In this document: positions 43,105-53,008 of the stretch, in pieces
Position numbering within the stretch: the first letter of the stretch is position 1
How the letters are laid out: every line of letters starts with the position of its first letter
Origin: an uncultured Caulobacterales bacterium
GTDB taxonomy: Bacteria > Pseudomonadota > Alphaproteobacteria > Caulobacterales > Maricaulaceae
Length of the DNA stretch: 64,000 bases
Direction of reading: 5' to 3'
NCBI GenBank assembly: GCA_964607445.1
Contig: CAZSKN010000009.1
Coordinates: 4,740 to 68,739 of the forward strand
Position numbers and translations under genes: made by a program
Notes under the pieces: generated by a model
The model's database searches: none
What the model was told of the DNA's origin: nothing
The model's input: only the letters and a program-made list of their open reading frames with translations

Positions 43105-44313
43105 ATGATTTTATCCTTGTTTTACGCATGTGTTTTTGCGCTAAGCTTTATCATTGTAATCTCTTCTCTCGTTTTTTTTCACGAATTGGGACATTACTCG
43201 GTTGCCCGATTTTTTAATGTCGCGGTTGAACGGTTCTCGATAGGTTTTGGCAAACCCTTGACGCGGTGGAAAGCAAAGTCGGGGACGGAATGGACGATTA
43301 ACGCCATTCCATTGGGAGGGTATGTCAAATTTTTAGGAGATGCAGGGGCGGCGAGTAATCCCGATACTGATAGACTTGAGCAAATGAAAGCTGAAATAGA
43401 GGCTGGAAATGCATCTGGAGAGTCAGAGGTTGAACTGACGTCATGTTTTCATTTTAAACCGCTTTGGCAACGGGTCTTAATTGTTTTAGCGGGGCCTGTT
43501 GCGAACTTCATACTGGCGATCGTGATTTTTGCCAGTATTGCCATGATAATTGGGACGCGGGAAATACGGTCGGTTGTTTTGGACGTTTTACCCGAGAGTG
43601 CGGCGCAACACGCCGGGGTTATGGCCGGAGATCAGTTTTTGACACTGGACGGCAAAGACGTGTCTTTATCGAGTGATTTAATAGCTTATGTTGCGCTTCG
43701 CAGTGATGTAACCTTAATGGCACGTGTAGAGCGGGGCGGTCAATTTGTAGAATTTCCGATAACGCCGAAAAAGCAAGTTCGCAAAGATTTTATCGGCGGA
43801 GATAATCAAGTCGGGACGATTGGCGTGCGAATCGGGGGTGAAAACGCCGTGATGCAACGCAATTATGGTGTGTTTTCAGGATTGAATTACGGAGTTTCGG
43901 AGGTCGGTCGTTCTATCGCCATGACAGGTACTTACATTGGACGCATATTTACGGGCAAAGAGGATGGTAAAGCTCTAGGCGGCGTTGTTCGAATTGCAAC
44001 GATGACGGGAAAAACGGCAGTAGACACAGTAAAATTGGAACTTTCTGTTATGGATCGGCTCAAAGCAATGGCTTTGAACCTCTTGCAACTCTCCGCAGCG
44101 CTCTCTATCGGGTTAGGTGTCGCAAATTTAATGCCGATTCCAGTTCTCGACGGTGGACATTTGCTGTACTACGGCTATGAAGCCGTAGCGGGTCGTCCGC
44201 TAAGTGAAAAGAAACAGGAGTTGGGGTTTAGAATAGGATTTGCAGTTCTGATGACATTACTTGTTATTTTAACATGGAATGATATTGGATATATCAGTAG
44301 TCTATCCTCCTAA
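43105..44313 (+). CDS. rseP: RIP site-2 zinc metalloprotease (M50, RseP family)
   Basis: 402 aa with the HELGH motif, a PDZ region and C-terminal NLMPIPVLDGGH. Confidence 0.92.
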   Translation: MILSLFYACVFALSFIIVISSLVFFHELGHYSVARFFNVAVERFSIGFGKPLTRWKAKSGTEWTINAIPLGGYVKFLGDAGAASNPDTDRLEQMKAEIEAGNASGESEVELTSCFHFKPLWQRVLIVLAGPVANFILAIVIFASIAMIIGTREIRSVVLDVLPESAAQHAGVMAGDQFLTLDGKDVSLSSDLIAYVALRSDVTLMARVERGGQFVEFPITPKKQVRKDFIGGDNQVGTIGVRIGGENAVMQRNYGVFSGLNYGVSEVGRSIAMTGTYIGRIFTGKEDGKALGGVVRIATMTGKTAVDTVKLELSVMDRLKAMALNLLQLSAALSIGLGVANLMPIPVLDGGHLLYYGYEAVAGRPLSEKKQELGFRIGFAVLMTLLVILTWNDIGYISSLSS

Positions 44314-46752
44314 GTGGACGATTTTATGAATGAAATCGCAAAAACATTGGATGTCATGCCTCGCGCTTTCTTCAAAGCGCTGGGAGTCGTTTTCGCTATG
44401 TTTATATGCGGGTTTCAAGCGCAAGCCCAAGATACAGATGGCAGCGGACCACCGCCTGTGCGCGTCGAGCGTCCAACCGTCATTAAAACCGTACAAGTCC
44501 AAGGCAACCAACGTGTGGAGGCCAATACTGTGGCCTCATATTTACTGTTTGCACGCGGGGATCCTTATAGCGATGAACGTATCGATCTTTCGGTTAAAAC
44601 ACTTTATGCGACGGGGTTATTTGCCGATGTCGAGATTGAACCGCGTGACGGAAATGTGCTTATCCGAGTGATTGAAAACCCGATTATCAACCGGGTTATT
44701 CTGGAAGGCAATAAATCTCTAAAAACAGATAAAATTACCGACGAAGTTGAAGCCGAACCTCGGGCCATTTTTACGCGCGCAAATGTTCAGGCGGATGTGC
44801 AACGTATTATCGAACTTTATCGTCAATCGGGTCGGTTTGCAGCCAACGTGACTCCGAAGGTTGTACAGCAACCACAAAACCGTGTTGACTTGATTTTCGA
44901 GATTACGGAAGGTCCTGTTACAGGGGTGAAACGTATCAATTTTATTGGTAATAATGAATATTCAGACCGGCGTTTACGCAAGGAAATTGTCACTGAGGAA
45001 TCCATTTGGTACAAATTCTTCTCTTCCAATGATAATTACGACCCGGGACGGTTGGAGTTTGACCGTGAACAAGTACGTGAGTTTTATACAGATAGAGGTT
45101 TCGCCGATTTTAGGGTTGTGTCTGCGGTCGCGGAATTAACACCTGACCAAGAAGATTTTTATATTACATTTACCGTGGATGAGGGTGAGGAATATACATG
45201 GGGCGAGATTGACGTCAAAACCGAACTGGAAACGCTTGATGAAGATTTACTGTTACAATTGGTTCCGATTTACACGGGTGAAATTTATAAAGCGAGTGTC
45301 GTAGAAGATGCTATTGATGGTCTGACCTTTGCTTCGGGAGCTGCGGGTTATGCATTTGTCGATATACAGCCAAGCATCCGTCGAAACCGGGATACAAAGA
45401 CCGTTGACCTGACCTTTAACATAACAGAAGGCCCTCGGGTTTATATCGAGCGCATTGACATTGTGGGCAATACCCAGACACTTGATCACGTTATTCGACG
45501 GGAATTGGAGTTGGTTGAAGGTGATGCTTTTAATCGTATTCTACTTGACCGATCGCGCAATAATGTACGCCGATTACGCTTCTTTGAAGAAGTTGAGATT
45601 AGTGAAACACAAGGGTCATCCCCTGATCGTGCGCAAGTCGAAGTCAAAGTCAAAGAACAGCCCACGGGTGAACTCTCTTTCTCTGCAGGCTTTTCATCGG
45701 CGGATGCGTTTTTGGTTGACCTTTCGATAACACAAAGAAATTTACGAGGGCGAGGACAACTTTTACGGTTTGTTATTCGGGCGAGTTCAAATCGACGTGA
45801 AATTGACCTCCGGTTTACCGAACCTCGGTTCTTGGGACGAAATTTAGCGGCAGGGTTCGAACTTTTTGATGTGACTCTGGATTTCCTTGATGAGGCCGGA
45901 TTTAGACAGTCTCGTACCGGCGGGCAAATCTCTCTGGGCTTCCCATTGACCGAAAATACATCCCTGTCAGCCCGTTACTCTTTAAGAGCCGAAGATATCG
46001 AAGTGCCGGGACTAGATTGCGCGGCCATATTAGCAAGCCCGCAGCAATCTTCGCAAAACAGCCTGTGTTTACAAGAGGGTGGGCGTTTATCCTCTATATT
46101 CGGCTATACTTTAGGCTGGGACCGTCGAAATGATCCGATTACGCCTACAGGCGGCTTTGATTTCCGATTTAGTCAGGATCTCGCAGGTATTGGTGGCGAT
46201 GTGAAATATTTACGTACGGATGTTCGCGCTAATTTCTACAAGGGTATTATTGGCGATGTTGTAGGCAGTTTAGCGCTCTCTGGCGGGTATATTCAGGGTT
46301 GGGGGGGGGAATCTGTACAGATTAATGATCGTTATTTTAAAGGAAATAATGAGTTTCGCGGGTTTGACACGGCGGGTGTCGGCCCCCGGGTTGTTCTTAT
46401 TGATGATATAACGGGACAAGTGCGTCGGGGTAATGCGCTTGGTGGAAACCTGTTTGGCTTGGCTGCGGCCGAGGTGAGTTTTCCTGTTGGCATTCCGAAT
46501 TTATCCGCTAGCTTGTTTGCTGAAGCTGGCACGGTTGGATTGCTGGATGAAGAGTTTACGTTTGAGACCAATGATGGTGGCGTTACAACAACGGTTATTG
46601 ATGATCTCTTTATTCGTGCTACAATTGGTGCCAGCGTATATTGGGACTCGCCATTCGGGCCTATTCGGTTTGACTTTACGAAACCCATACAACAATTCGA
46701 TGTGGATGAACGCAAGTCCTTCCAGTTTACGACATCAACAAGGTTTAATTAA
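44314..46752 (+). CDS. bamA: Outer membrane protein assembly factor BamA
   Basis: 812 aa with POTRA repeats (VQGNQRV, ILEGNK, FIGNNEY, IVGNTQT) and a C-terminal Omp85 barrel. The start is GTG 44314 or ATG 44326. Confidence 0.95.
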   Translation: MDDFMNEIAKTLDVMPRAFFKALGVVFAMFICGFQAQAQDTDGSGPPPVRVERPTVIKTVQVQGNQRVEANTVASYLLFARGDPYSDERIDLSVKTLYATGLFADVEIEPRDGNVLIRVIENPIINRVILEGNKSLKTDKITDEVEAEPRAIFTRANVQADVQRIIELYRQSGRFAANVTPKVVQQPQNRVDLIFEITEGPVTGVKRINFIGNNEYSDRRLRKEIVTEESIWYKFFSSNDNYDPGRLEFDREQVREFYTDRGFADFRVVSAVAELTPDQEDFYITFTVDEGEEYTWGEIDVKTELETLDEDLLLQLVPIYTGEIYKASVVEDAIDGLTFASGAAGYAFVDIQPSIRRNRDTKTVDLTFNITEGPRVYIERIDIVGNTQTLDHVIRRELELVEGDAFNRILLDRSRNNVRRLRFFEEVEISETQGSSPDRAQVEVKVKEQPTGELSFSAGFSSADAFLVDLSITQRNLRGRGQLLRFVIRASSNRREIDLRFTEPRFLGRNLAAGFELFDVTLDFLDEAGFRQSRTGGQISLGFPLTENTSLSARYSLRAEDIEVPGLDCAAILASPQQSSQNSLCLQEGGRLSSIFGYTLGWDRRNDPITPTGGFDFRFSQDLAGIGGDVKYLRTDVRANFYKGIIGDVVGSLALSGGYIQGWGGESVQINDRYFKGNNEFRGFDTAGVGPRVVLIDDITGQVRRGNALGGNLFGLAAAEVSFPVGIPNLSASLFAEAGTVGLLDEEFTFETNDGGVTTTVIDDLFIRATIGASVYWDSPFGPIRFDFTKPIQQFDVDERKSFQFTTSTRFN

Positions 46753-46753
46753 T

Positions 46754-47335
46754 ATGTCTAAAATGAAAACTTTACGCAGTTTATGTCTTGGCTTGGCGGC
46801 CAGTTTCGCGTTTTCGGCTACGGCCTTTGCCCAGAGTACTATTCTTACGATTGACCAGAACCGCATTTTACGGGAATCTGAGGTTGGAAAACACATTAAG
46901 CGTCAGATGGAGTCTATCGGTAAATCTATGGAATCTGAAATTAAAGCTTCGACATCTCCATTAACGTCAGAGCGTGATCGTCTTGTGAATGAGCTTAAAA
47001 GTATGGATGCAGCTGCGTTAAAATCGCGCCCTGACTTACAGAAACGTGCGCAAGATCTCGCCGCTAAAGGTCAAAAACAACAAGTAGAGGCAAAATATAA
47101 GCAAGCCGAATTGAAAATCACGGAACAAAAAGCGATTAAAAAAGTGAATGAGCGGTTGGCAAAAATTCTTGAAGCCATTGTAGCCGAACGCAAAGCTGAT
47201 ATCATATTAGACCGTTCGCTTGTAATTTATGGTGGAAAAACAACGGATGTGACGAACACAGTCTTGAGTCGGTTAAATTCTCAAATGCGGACAGTCTCTG
47301 TTGTGCGTGAGCGTTTGCCACGAAAAACCAAATAG
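46754..47335 (+). CDS. skp: OmpH/Skp-family periplasmic chaperone
   Basis: Signal peptide MSKMKTLRSLCLGLAASFAFSATAFAQ followed by coiled-coil K/E/Q-rich sequence. ATG 46754 lies after the bamA stop; ORF-track 46487 overlaps bamA. Confidence 0.85.
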   Translation: MSKMKTLRSLCLGLAASFAFSATAFAQSTILTIDQNRILRESEVGKHIKRQMESIGKSMESEIKASTSPLTSERDRLVNELKSMDAAALKSRPDLQKRAQDLAAKGQKQQVEAKYKQAELKITEQKAIKKVNERLAKILEAIVAERKADIILDRSLVIYGGKTTDVTNTVLSRLNSQMRTVSVVRERLPRKTK

Positions 47336-47382
47336 GTGACAGACTAAGTATCGCTTATTAAAGCGGATGATTTAAGGGTCGG

Positions 47383-48411
47383 GTGATAGTTGTGACGGTG
47401 AAAGTCGATAGCCGCTTTTTTCTATCACACGGGCCTTTGACAATAGCCGATATCGTCTCCGTAATCGAAGCTGATATTGTTGATAAAACTTTTGAAGACG
47501 AAACGGTTTCGGCGGGTGCGGCTTTGGAGACATCACGCCCCGGTGACATCACATTTTTTGAAAGCCGTAAACATAAAGACGCTTTAAAGACGGCGAAGGC
47601 GACAGCTTGTTTTGTTGCTGAAAAAGATAGCGCGCTTGTAGGTGAACACGGAATTATTCCTATAATTTCGGCATTTCCCCGTACGCATTTCGCGCGAACC
47701 TTGGAGCGCTTATACTCGCCCTTAAAACCAATTTCTGGACCGGCTGAAGTTTCACCAACTGCCCGTATTCATAATTCTGTTATAATTGGAGCGGGAGCCG
47801 TTATTTCAGAGGGGGTAGATATTGCGCCTTATGTCGTTATCGGACCGGGTGTTTTGATTGGAAAACACACGCAGATAGGGGCCAATGTAAGCCTGTCTTC
47901 CTGTTTGATTGGTGAAAATTGCCGGATAAAAGCCGGAGCTGTTATCGGTGAGGCGGGCTTCGGAGTCGCCCATGACGAGAGCGGGATTATCGATATTCCT
48001 CATATTGGCCGTGTTATAATCGGAGATCGTGTATCTATTGGTAGTCAAACGTGTGTTGATCGTGGGCAATTAGGCGATACAGAGATAGGTGTGGATACTA
48101 AAATAGATAATTTCGTGCAGATCGCGCACAATGTACAGATCGGACCGCGTTGTGCGATTGCGGGTCATGTTGGCATTTCGGGCAGTTGCCATGTCGGATC
48201 AGATGTGATGATGGGGGGGAATGTTGGTCTTGCAGACCATATCACAATCGGTGATGGTGCGCGACTGGCCGCGCGGGCCGGTGTTATGCATTCCGTTCCC
48301 GCAGGTGAAACATGGTCTGGAATTCCTGCGCAACCCATTCGGGATCATATGCGAATGGTAAGTGCAATGCGGAAATTGACGGTAAAACCTAAGCGTGACC
48401 AGAAAGCTTAA
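47383..48411 (+). CDS. lpxD: UDP-3-O-acylglucosamine N-acyltransferase
   Basis: 342 aa with left-handed beta-helix hexapeptide repeats and the operon position of lpxD. The start may be GTG 47398. Confidence 0.92.
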   Translation: MIVVTVKVDSRFFLSHGPLTIADIVSVIEADIVDKTFEDETVSAGAALETSRPGDITFFESRKHKDALKTAKATACFVAEKDSALVGEHGIIPIISAFPRTHFARTLERLYSPLKPISGPAEVSPTARIHNSVIIGAGAVISEGVDIAPYVVIGPGVLIGKHTQIGANVSLSSCLIGENCRIKAGAVIGEAGFGVAHDESGIIDIPHIGRVIIGDRVSIGSQTCVDRGQLGDTEIGVDTKIDNFVQIAHNVQIGPRCAIAGHVGISGSCHVGSDVMMGGNVGLADHITIGDGARLAARAGVMHSVPAGETWSGIPAQPIRDHMRMVSAMRKLTVKPKRDQKA

Positions 48412-48412
48412 T

Positions 48413-48901
48413 ATGACGAAAGCCGCTGCATCGTCCCCGGATAGTCTTTACAGATTTCCAATAGAGCGTGATCTGATTAAGACATATCTGCCGCATAGAG
48501 ATCCTATATTATTTATCGATAGGGTAACGCATCTTTCCGATATGCATATTTGTGCGCAATCAGAGGTCAGGGCTGACTCCGTTTTTTTCGAAGGGCATTT
48601 CCCAAATTTACCGATCATGCCGGGCGTGTTGATTATTGAAACTGTTGCGCAAGCCGGGGCTTTATTAATATCTCTGACCCGTGGCTTAGATGATGATAAA
48701 TTTATTGCTTTTTCTAATGTTGAAAATGCCAAGTTCAAAAAACCGGTTTTCCCGGGATCAACCCTGACCATTAATGTTGAAATTGAAAAAATTCGCCTTC
48801 CTTTTTATAAGTTTACGGGCCAAGCGCGTTTGGGTGATAATATTGTTGCGACGTTAAAATTCGCGGCGGCTGAAATGGACTTAAACCGGGCCTTGTCATG
48901 A
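48413..48901 (+). CDS. fabZ: 3-hydroxyacyl-ACP dehydratase
   Basis: LPHRDPILFIDRV and FFEGHFPNLPIMPGVL motifs. ATG 48413 lies just after the lpxD stop. Confidence 0.95.
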   Translation: MTKAAASSPDSLYRFPIERDLIKTYLPHRDPILFIDRVTHLSDMHICAQSEVRADSVFFEGHFPNLPIMPGVLIIETVAQAGALLISLTRGLDDDKFIAFSNVENAKFKKPVFPGSTLTINVEIEKIRLPFYKFTGQARLGDNIVATLKFAAAEMDLNRALS

Positions 48902-49695
48902 GTGTGGAAATACATTCATCTGCCTTTATTGATCCGAAGGCCGACTTGGATACGGGTGTGAAAATTGGCCCTCTATGTGTGGTGGGGCCGAATGTGAAAC
49001 TTGGTAAAAATGTAGAGCTTGTCGCACAGGTTAACTTGGCGGGACATACCGTTATTGGGGAGGGGTGTAAATTATATCCCTTTGTATCTATGGGGCATCC
49101 TCCACAAGATTTTAAGCATAAGGGCGGGGACGTCAGCATTCGCATAGGCGCACGTAATGTATTTCGGGAACTGGTTAATATTCATCCGGGTACGGACACA
49201 GGGAAACCTGAAACGATAATTGGCGATGATTGTTATTTTATGGTGGGGACGCATTTAGCGCATGAAGGTCATGTCGGAAACCATGTGGTTGTATCGAACG
49301 GAGCGCAAATCGGGGGATGTGTGACAATTGGCGATAATGCCGTTTTGGGAGGGCTTTGCGCTGTGCATCAATATACGCGCATTGGGACCCATGCTTTTAT
49401 TGGTGGTATGGCAACGGTCACGGCTGACGTTATTCCTTATGGATCTGTGATTGGGAATACGGCCCGTTTAGCAGGATTGAATATAGTCGGTCTAAAGCGT
49501 CGCGGCTTTGATCGTCGTACGATTCAGGATTTGCGATCGGCTTATAGATTGCTTTTTGCACAAGAAGGTACATTTGCTGAGAGATTGGCCGACACAGCTC
49601 GCTTATATAAGGACAAAGCTTTGGTCATGGAGATTGTCGAATTTATTCGCGATCAGGAGAAACGCCGTATTTGTATGCCGCAAAATGGGGTGTAG
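48898..49695 (+). CDS. lpxA: Acyl-ACP--UDP-N-acetylglucosamine O-acyltransferase
   Basis: 265 aa with hexapeptide repeats. It overlaps the fabZ stop. Confidence 0.95.
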   Translation: MSVEIHSSAFIDPKADLDTGVKIGPLCVVGPNVKLGKNVELVAQVNLAGHTVIGEGCKLYPFVSMGHPPQDFKHKGGDVSIRIGARNVFRELVNIHPGTDTGKPETIIGDDCYFMVGTHLAHEGHVGNHVVVSNGAQIGGCVTIGDNAVLGGLCAVHQYTRIGTHAFIGGMATVTADVIPYGSVIGNTARLAGLNIVGLKRRGFDRRTIQDLRSAYRLLFAQEGTFAERLADTARLYKDKALVMEIVEFIRDQEKRRICMPQNGV

Positions 49696-49697
49696 AT

Positions 49698-50561
49698 ATG
49701 AAGGTTGGATTGATAGCCGGGCAAGGTGCGTTACCGCGCCATGTCGTTCTAGGGGCACATGCGGCTGATATAAATATATGTGTTGCGACCATTTCCGGCT
49801 TTGCTGACACTGATGCTTTTTTAAACTTGGACCGTGCGATAACAAGCCAGTCATTTGGGCTCGCTGAATTTGGTAAAATTACACGCTATTTTTCAACTCA
49901 CGCCTGTACTCATATTTGCTTTGCAGGATATGTAAAACGTCCGAATTTTTTAACTCTGAAACCTGATATGAAAGGGTTGCGGCGATTGCCAGGTGCTATC
50001 AAGGCCGCGCAAGACGGAGATAATGCCTTGTTATCTTATGTATTGAATATTTTTGAAGACGATGGATTTGAAATCATTTCTCCACAAGATTTATGCAAGC
50101 ATTTGTTACTCCCCGAAGGGCATTTAGGCGCTGTTCGTATGGGCAAAGCGCACCGCGATGATGCCCAAAAGGCCTGCGAAATTGCGCGGGAAATTGGACG
50201 CCTTGATATTGGACAGGGAGCCGTCGTGTGCCGTGGTCTTGTATTGGCTGTTGAAGCGCAAGAAGGTACTGATGCCATGTTAGAGCGGGTCTCAGCTCTG
50301 TCACCGTCGATTAGAGGCGTAAATGCTAACGGGTCGGAAGGCCGCGCTGGCGTACTCGCAAAGATGATTAAACCGGGCCAAGAAACCCGCGTGGATTTAC
50401 CCGTTATAGGCGTTGAAACTGTGAATCATGCCGCCCAAGCCGGGTTGGCAGGTATAGTGGCCGAGGGGGGGCGTGCTTTCGTGATAGACCATGACGCGGT
50501 CATAAATGCAGCAAACACGGTCGGTATGTTTATTGCCGGGCTGCCGACATTGAAATCATGA
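49698..50561 (+). CDS. lpxI: UDP-2,3-diacylglucosamine pyrophosphatase LpxI (DUF1009)
   Basis: MKVGLIAGQGALPRH N-terminus and DIGQGAVV motif. It holds the lpxA-lpxI-lpxB position typical of alphaproteobacteria that lack lpxH. Confidence 0.88.
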   Translation: MKVGLIAGQGALPRHVVLGAHAADINICVATISGFADTDAFLNLDRAITSQSFGLAEFGKITRYFSTHACTHICFAGYVKRPNFLTLKPDMKGLRRLPGAIKAAQDGDNALLSYVLNIFEDDGFEIISPQDLCKHLLLPEGHLGAVRMGKAHRDDAQKACEIAREIGRLDIGQGAVVCRGLVLAVEAQEGTDAMLERVSALSPSIRGVNANGSEGRAGVLAKMIKPGQETRVDLPVIGVETVNHAAQAGLAGIVAEGGRAFVIDHDAVINAANTVGMFIAGLPTLKS

Positions 50562-51706
50562 CATCTGTTTTCATTGTCGCAGTCGAAAGCTCTGGCGATA
50601 TACTGGGGGCAAATTTGATAAAGGCTTTACGGGCTGAACATAAGACCATTGAAATTACGGGTGTTGGCGGAAGCGCTATGGCGGCACAGGGAATCAAGAC
50701 AGATATAGATGTGTCTGATCTTGCAGTTCTCGGGTTTATTGAAGCCTTAAAAATTTACCCACTTGTATTAGAGCGGGTGAAGCAAGTCTCTGATATGATT
50801 TTGACCGAAAATCCCATGCAGGTAGTCCTAATCGACAGTTGGGGGTTTATGATACGTGTGGCGAGGACTTTGAAAAGGGCGGGCTATAAAGGCCGTATTG
50901 TGAAATATGTTGCTCCTCAAGTTTGGGCTATGCGTGAAGGTCGGGCCAAGTTACTAGCTAAATCTGTTGATCATTTATTGAGTTTACATAGTTTCGACGC
51001 CCCGTTTTTTGAAAAACATGGACTTGAAACGACCTATATTGGCAATCCCGTTTTTGAAGAGGATTTTGATCAAGGTGATGGGATGTCGCTTCGTGCCAAA
51101 CATAACATTTCGAAAAATACGAAAATCATAGCCGTTTTGTTTGGGAGTCGATTATCTGAGGTTCAAACGCTTGCCGAACCGTTCGCACAGGCAATTACGA
51201 ATATTAAGGCGCTTTATAAGGATGTTTGTTTCATTAGTCCGGTATCTGAAGCGATTGCGACCGATGTTGGGGCTGCGGCAGGGCATGATTTGCGATTGCA
51301 AAATGTCATATTGTTACCCGAAGCCCGTAAATGGGACATATTTGATGCAGCCGATGTGGCTTTGTCATGTTCGGGAACTGTCACAACGCAATTGGCCTGT
51401 ATGGGGGTGCCAAGCGTTGTTGCTTATAAGCTTAATCCGGTAACTTATTTTTTCGCCAAATGGCTCTATAAACCCAAATATATCTCTATCGTAAATATAG
51501 CTGCCAAGCGTTGTCTTATGCCTGAATTTATTCAACGTCATTGCACAGGTAAAAATTTATCGAATGCCGTGCATGCCTATTTGATTGATCCGGAAAAAAG
51601 TAAAAAAGCCGAAAAAGATTTACGCACTCAAACTCTTAAAATGGCAGGTCGGGGCGGCACGGGAAGTCTCCGTGCCGCGAAAGCTATATTGGCTTTGGAG
51701 AGGTAA
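50558..51706 (+). CDS. lpxB: Lipid-A-disaccharide synthase
   Basis: 382 aa with the N-terminus VFIVAVESSGDILGANLI and a GT-B fold pattern. Confidence 0.93.
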   Translation: MTSVFIVAVESSGDILGANLIKALRAEHKTIEITGVGGSAMAAQGIKTDIDVSDLAVLGFIEALKIYPLVLERVKQVSDMILTENPMQVVLIDSWGFMIRVARTLKRAGYKGRIVKYVAPQVWAMREGRAKLLAKSVDHLLSLHSFDAPFFEKHGLETTYIGNPVFEEDFDQGDGMSLRAKHNISKNTKIIAVLFGSRLSEVQTLAEPFAQAITNIKALYKDVCFISPVSEAIATDVGAAAGHDLRLQNVILLPEARKWDIFDAADVALSCSGTVTTQLACMGVPSVVAYKLNPVTYFFAKWLYKPKYISIVNIAAKRCLMPEFIQRHCTGKNLSNAVHAYLIDPEKSKKAEKDLRTQTLKMAGRGGTGSLRAAKAILALER

Positions 51707-53008
51707 TTATCTTTTACCAATGGGCACGAAATCGCGCGCTGTACGGCCTGAATAAAGCTGACGAGGACGTCCAATCCGTTGACTAGGGTCTTCTAGCATT
51801 TCGTTCCATTGTGAAATCCATCCAACTGTTCGGGCCAGAGCAAAAAGAACCGTGAACATTGATGTTGGGAAGCCTAATGCGCTCAAGACAATACCTGAGT
51901 AGAAATCTACATTTGGATAGAGTTTTTTGGCGACAAAATACTCGTCTTCAAGCGCGATTTTCTCGAGTTCTTTCGCGACATCTAAAATAGGATTTTTAAG
52001 GTCTAATTCCTCAAGAACCTCATGTGCGACTTTTTGCATTACACGCGATCGCGGATCGAAATTTTTATAGACCCGATGTCCAAAACCCATCAGACGGAAT
52101 GGATCCGATTTATCTTTTGCGCGTGCGATAAACTCTGGAATACGGTCCACAGTGCCGATTTCGCGCAACATGTTAAGACACGCTTCATTGGCACCGCCAT
52201 GACTAGGACCCCATAAACATGCGACACCCGCAGCGATACAAGCATAAGGGTTTGCGCCCGATGAGCCGGCAAGCCTGACGGTTGATGTTGAAGCATTTTG
52301 CTCATGATCCGCGTGAAGAATAAAGATTTTATCCATCGCGCGTTCGATAGTCGGACTGATCTTATATTTCTCAGCCGGAACACTAAAACACATATTCAGG
52401 AAATTACCTGCATATGATAGATTGTTATTTGGATACACATGCGGTTGGCCAATAGAGTATTTATACGTGCGGGCCGCCAATGTTGGCATTTTAGCGATTA
52501 GCCGATGGATGGCCATATTGCGGGCTTCATCTTCGGTTGTATGGGCATCGTCATGGTAAAAGCCAGAAAGGGCGCCCACAGTACCACATAACATGGCCAT
52601 AGGATGTGCGTCGCGCCTATATCCGTGGAAAAAACTTTCAATTTGATCATGCAACATGGTGTGGTTGGTGACCGTCTCTGTAAATGTCTTGTTTTGTTCG
52701 GCATTCGGCAATTCGCCATTAATCAACAGATAGGCGACTTCAAGAAAGCTGGAATGCTCGGCCAATTGTTCGATAGGATATCCCCGGTACAGGAGCTGGC
52801 CCTTGCCGCCGTCAATATAGGTGATTTGTGATTCGGTTGAACATGTGGAGGTATACCCAGGATCAAATGTGAAATGGCCGGATTGTTTGTAAAGGCTGCG
52901 TACATCAATGCCCGGAGCGCCAACCGACCCAGCATAAATAGGGAGATCATAGCTGTCCTGACCAATGGTAATTTTGGCTGTACCTGTGTTTTTTATCTTA
53001 TTTTCCAT
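51707..53008 (-). CDS. gltA: Citrate synthase (type II)
   Basis: 433 aa with [13 protein letters not shown] and [10 protein letters not shown] motifs. Confidence 0.97.
   Translation of the reverse strand: MENKIKNTGTAKITIGQDSYDLPIYAGSVGAPGIDVRSLYKQSGHFTFDPGYTSTCSTESQITYIDGGKGQLLYRGYPIEQLAEHSSFLEVAYLLINGELPNAEQNKTFTETVTNHTMLHDQIESFFHGYRRDAHPMAMLCGTVGALSGFYHDDAHTTEDEARNMAIHRLIAKMPTLAARTYKYSIGQPHVYPNNNLSYAGNFLNMCFSVPAEKYKISPTIERAMDKIFILHADHEQNASTSTVRLAGSSGANPYACIAAGVACLWGPSHGGANEACLNMLREIGTVDRIPEFIARAKDKSDPFRLMGFGHRVYKNFDPRSRVMQKVAHEVLEELDLKNPILDVAKELEKIALEDEYFVAKKLYPNVDFYSGIVLSALGFPTSMFTVLFALARTVGWISQWNEMLEDPSQRIGRPRQLYSGRTARDFVPIGKR

Noticed and set aside
47336-47382. CtrA-type TTAA-N7-TTAA boxes in intergenic regions (also checked 4450-4575, 8539-8761, 36404-36610, 63417-63544).
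   Set aside because: The TTAA pairs found are spaced by 9-10 nt rather than 7, or the second half-site is degenerate.
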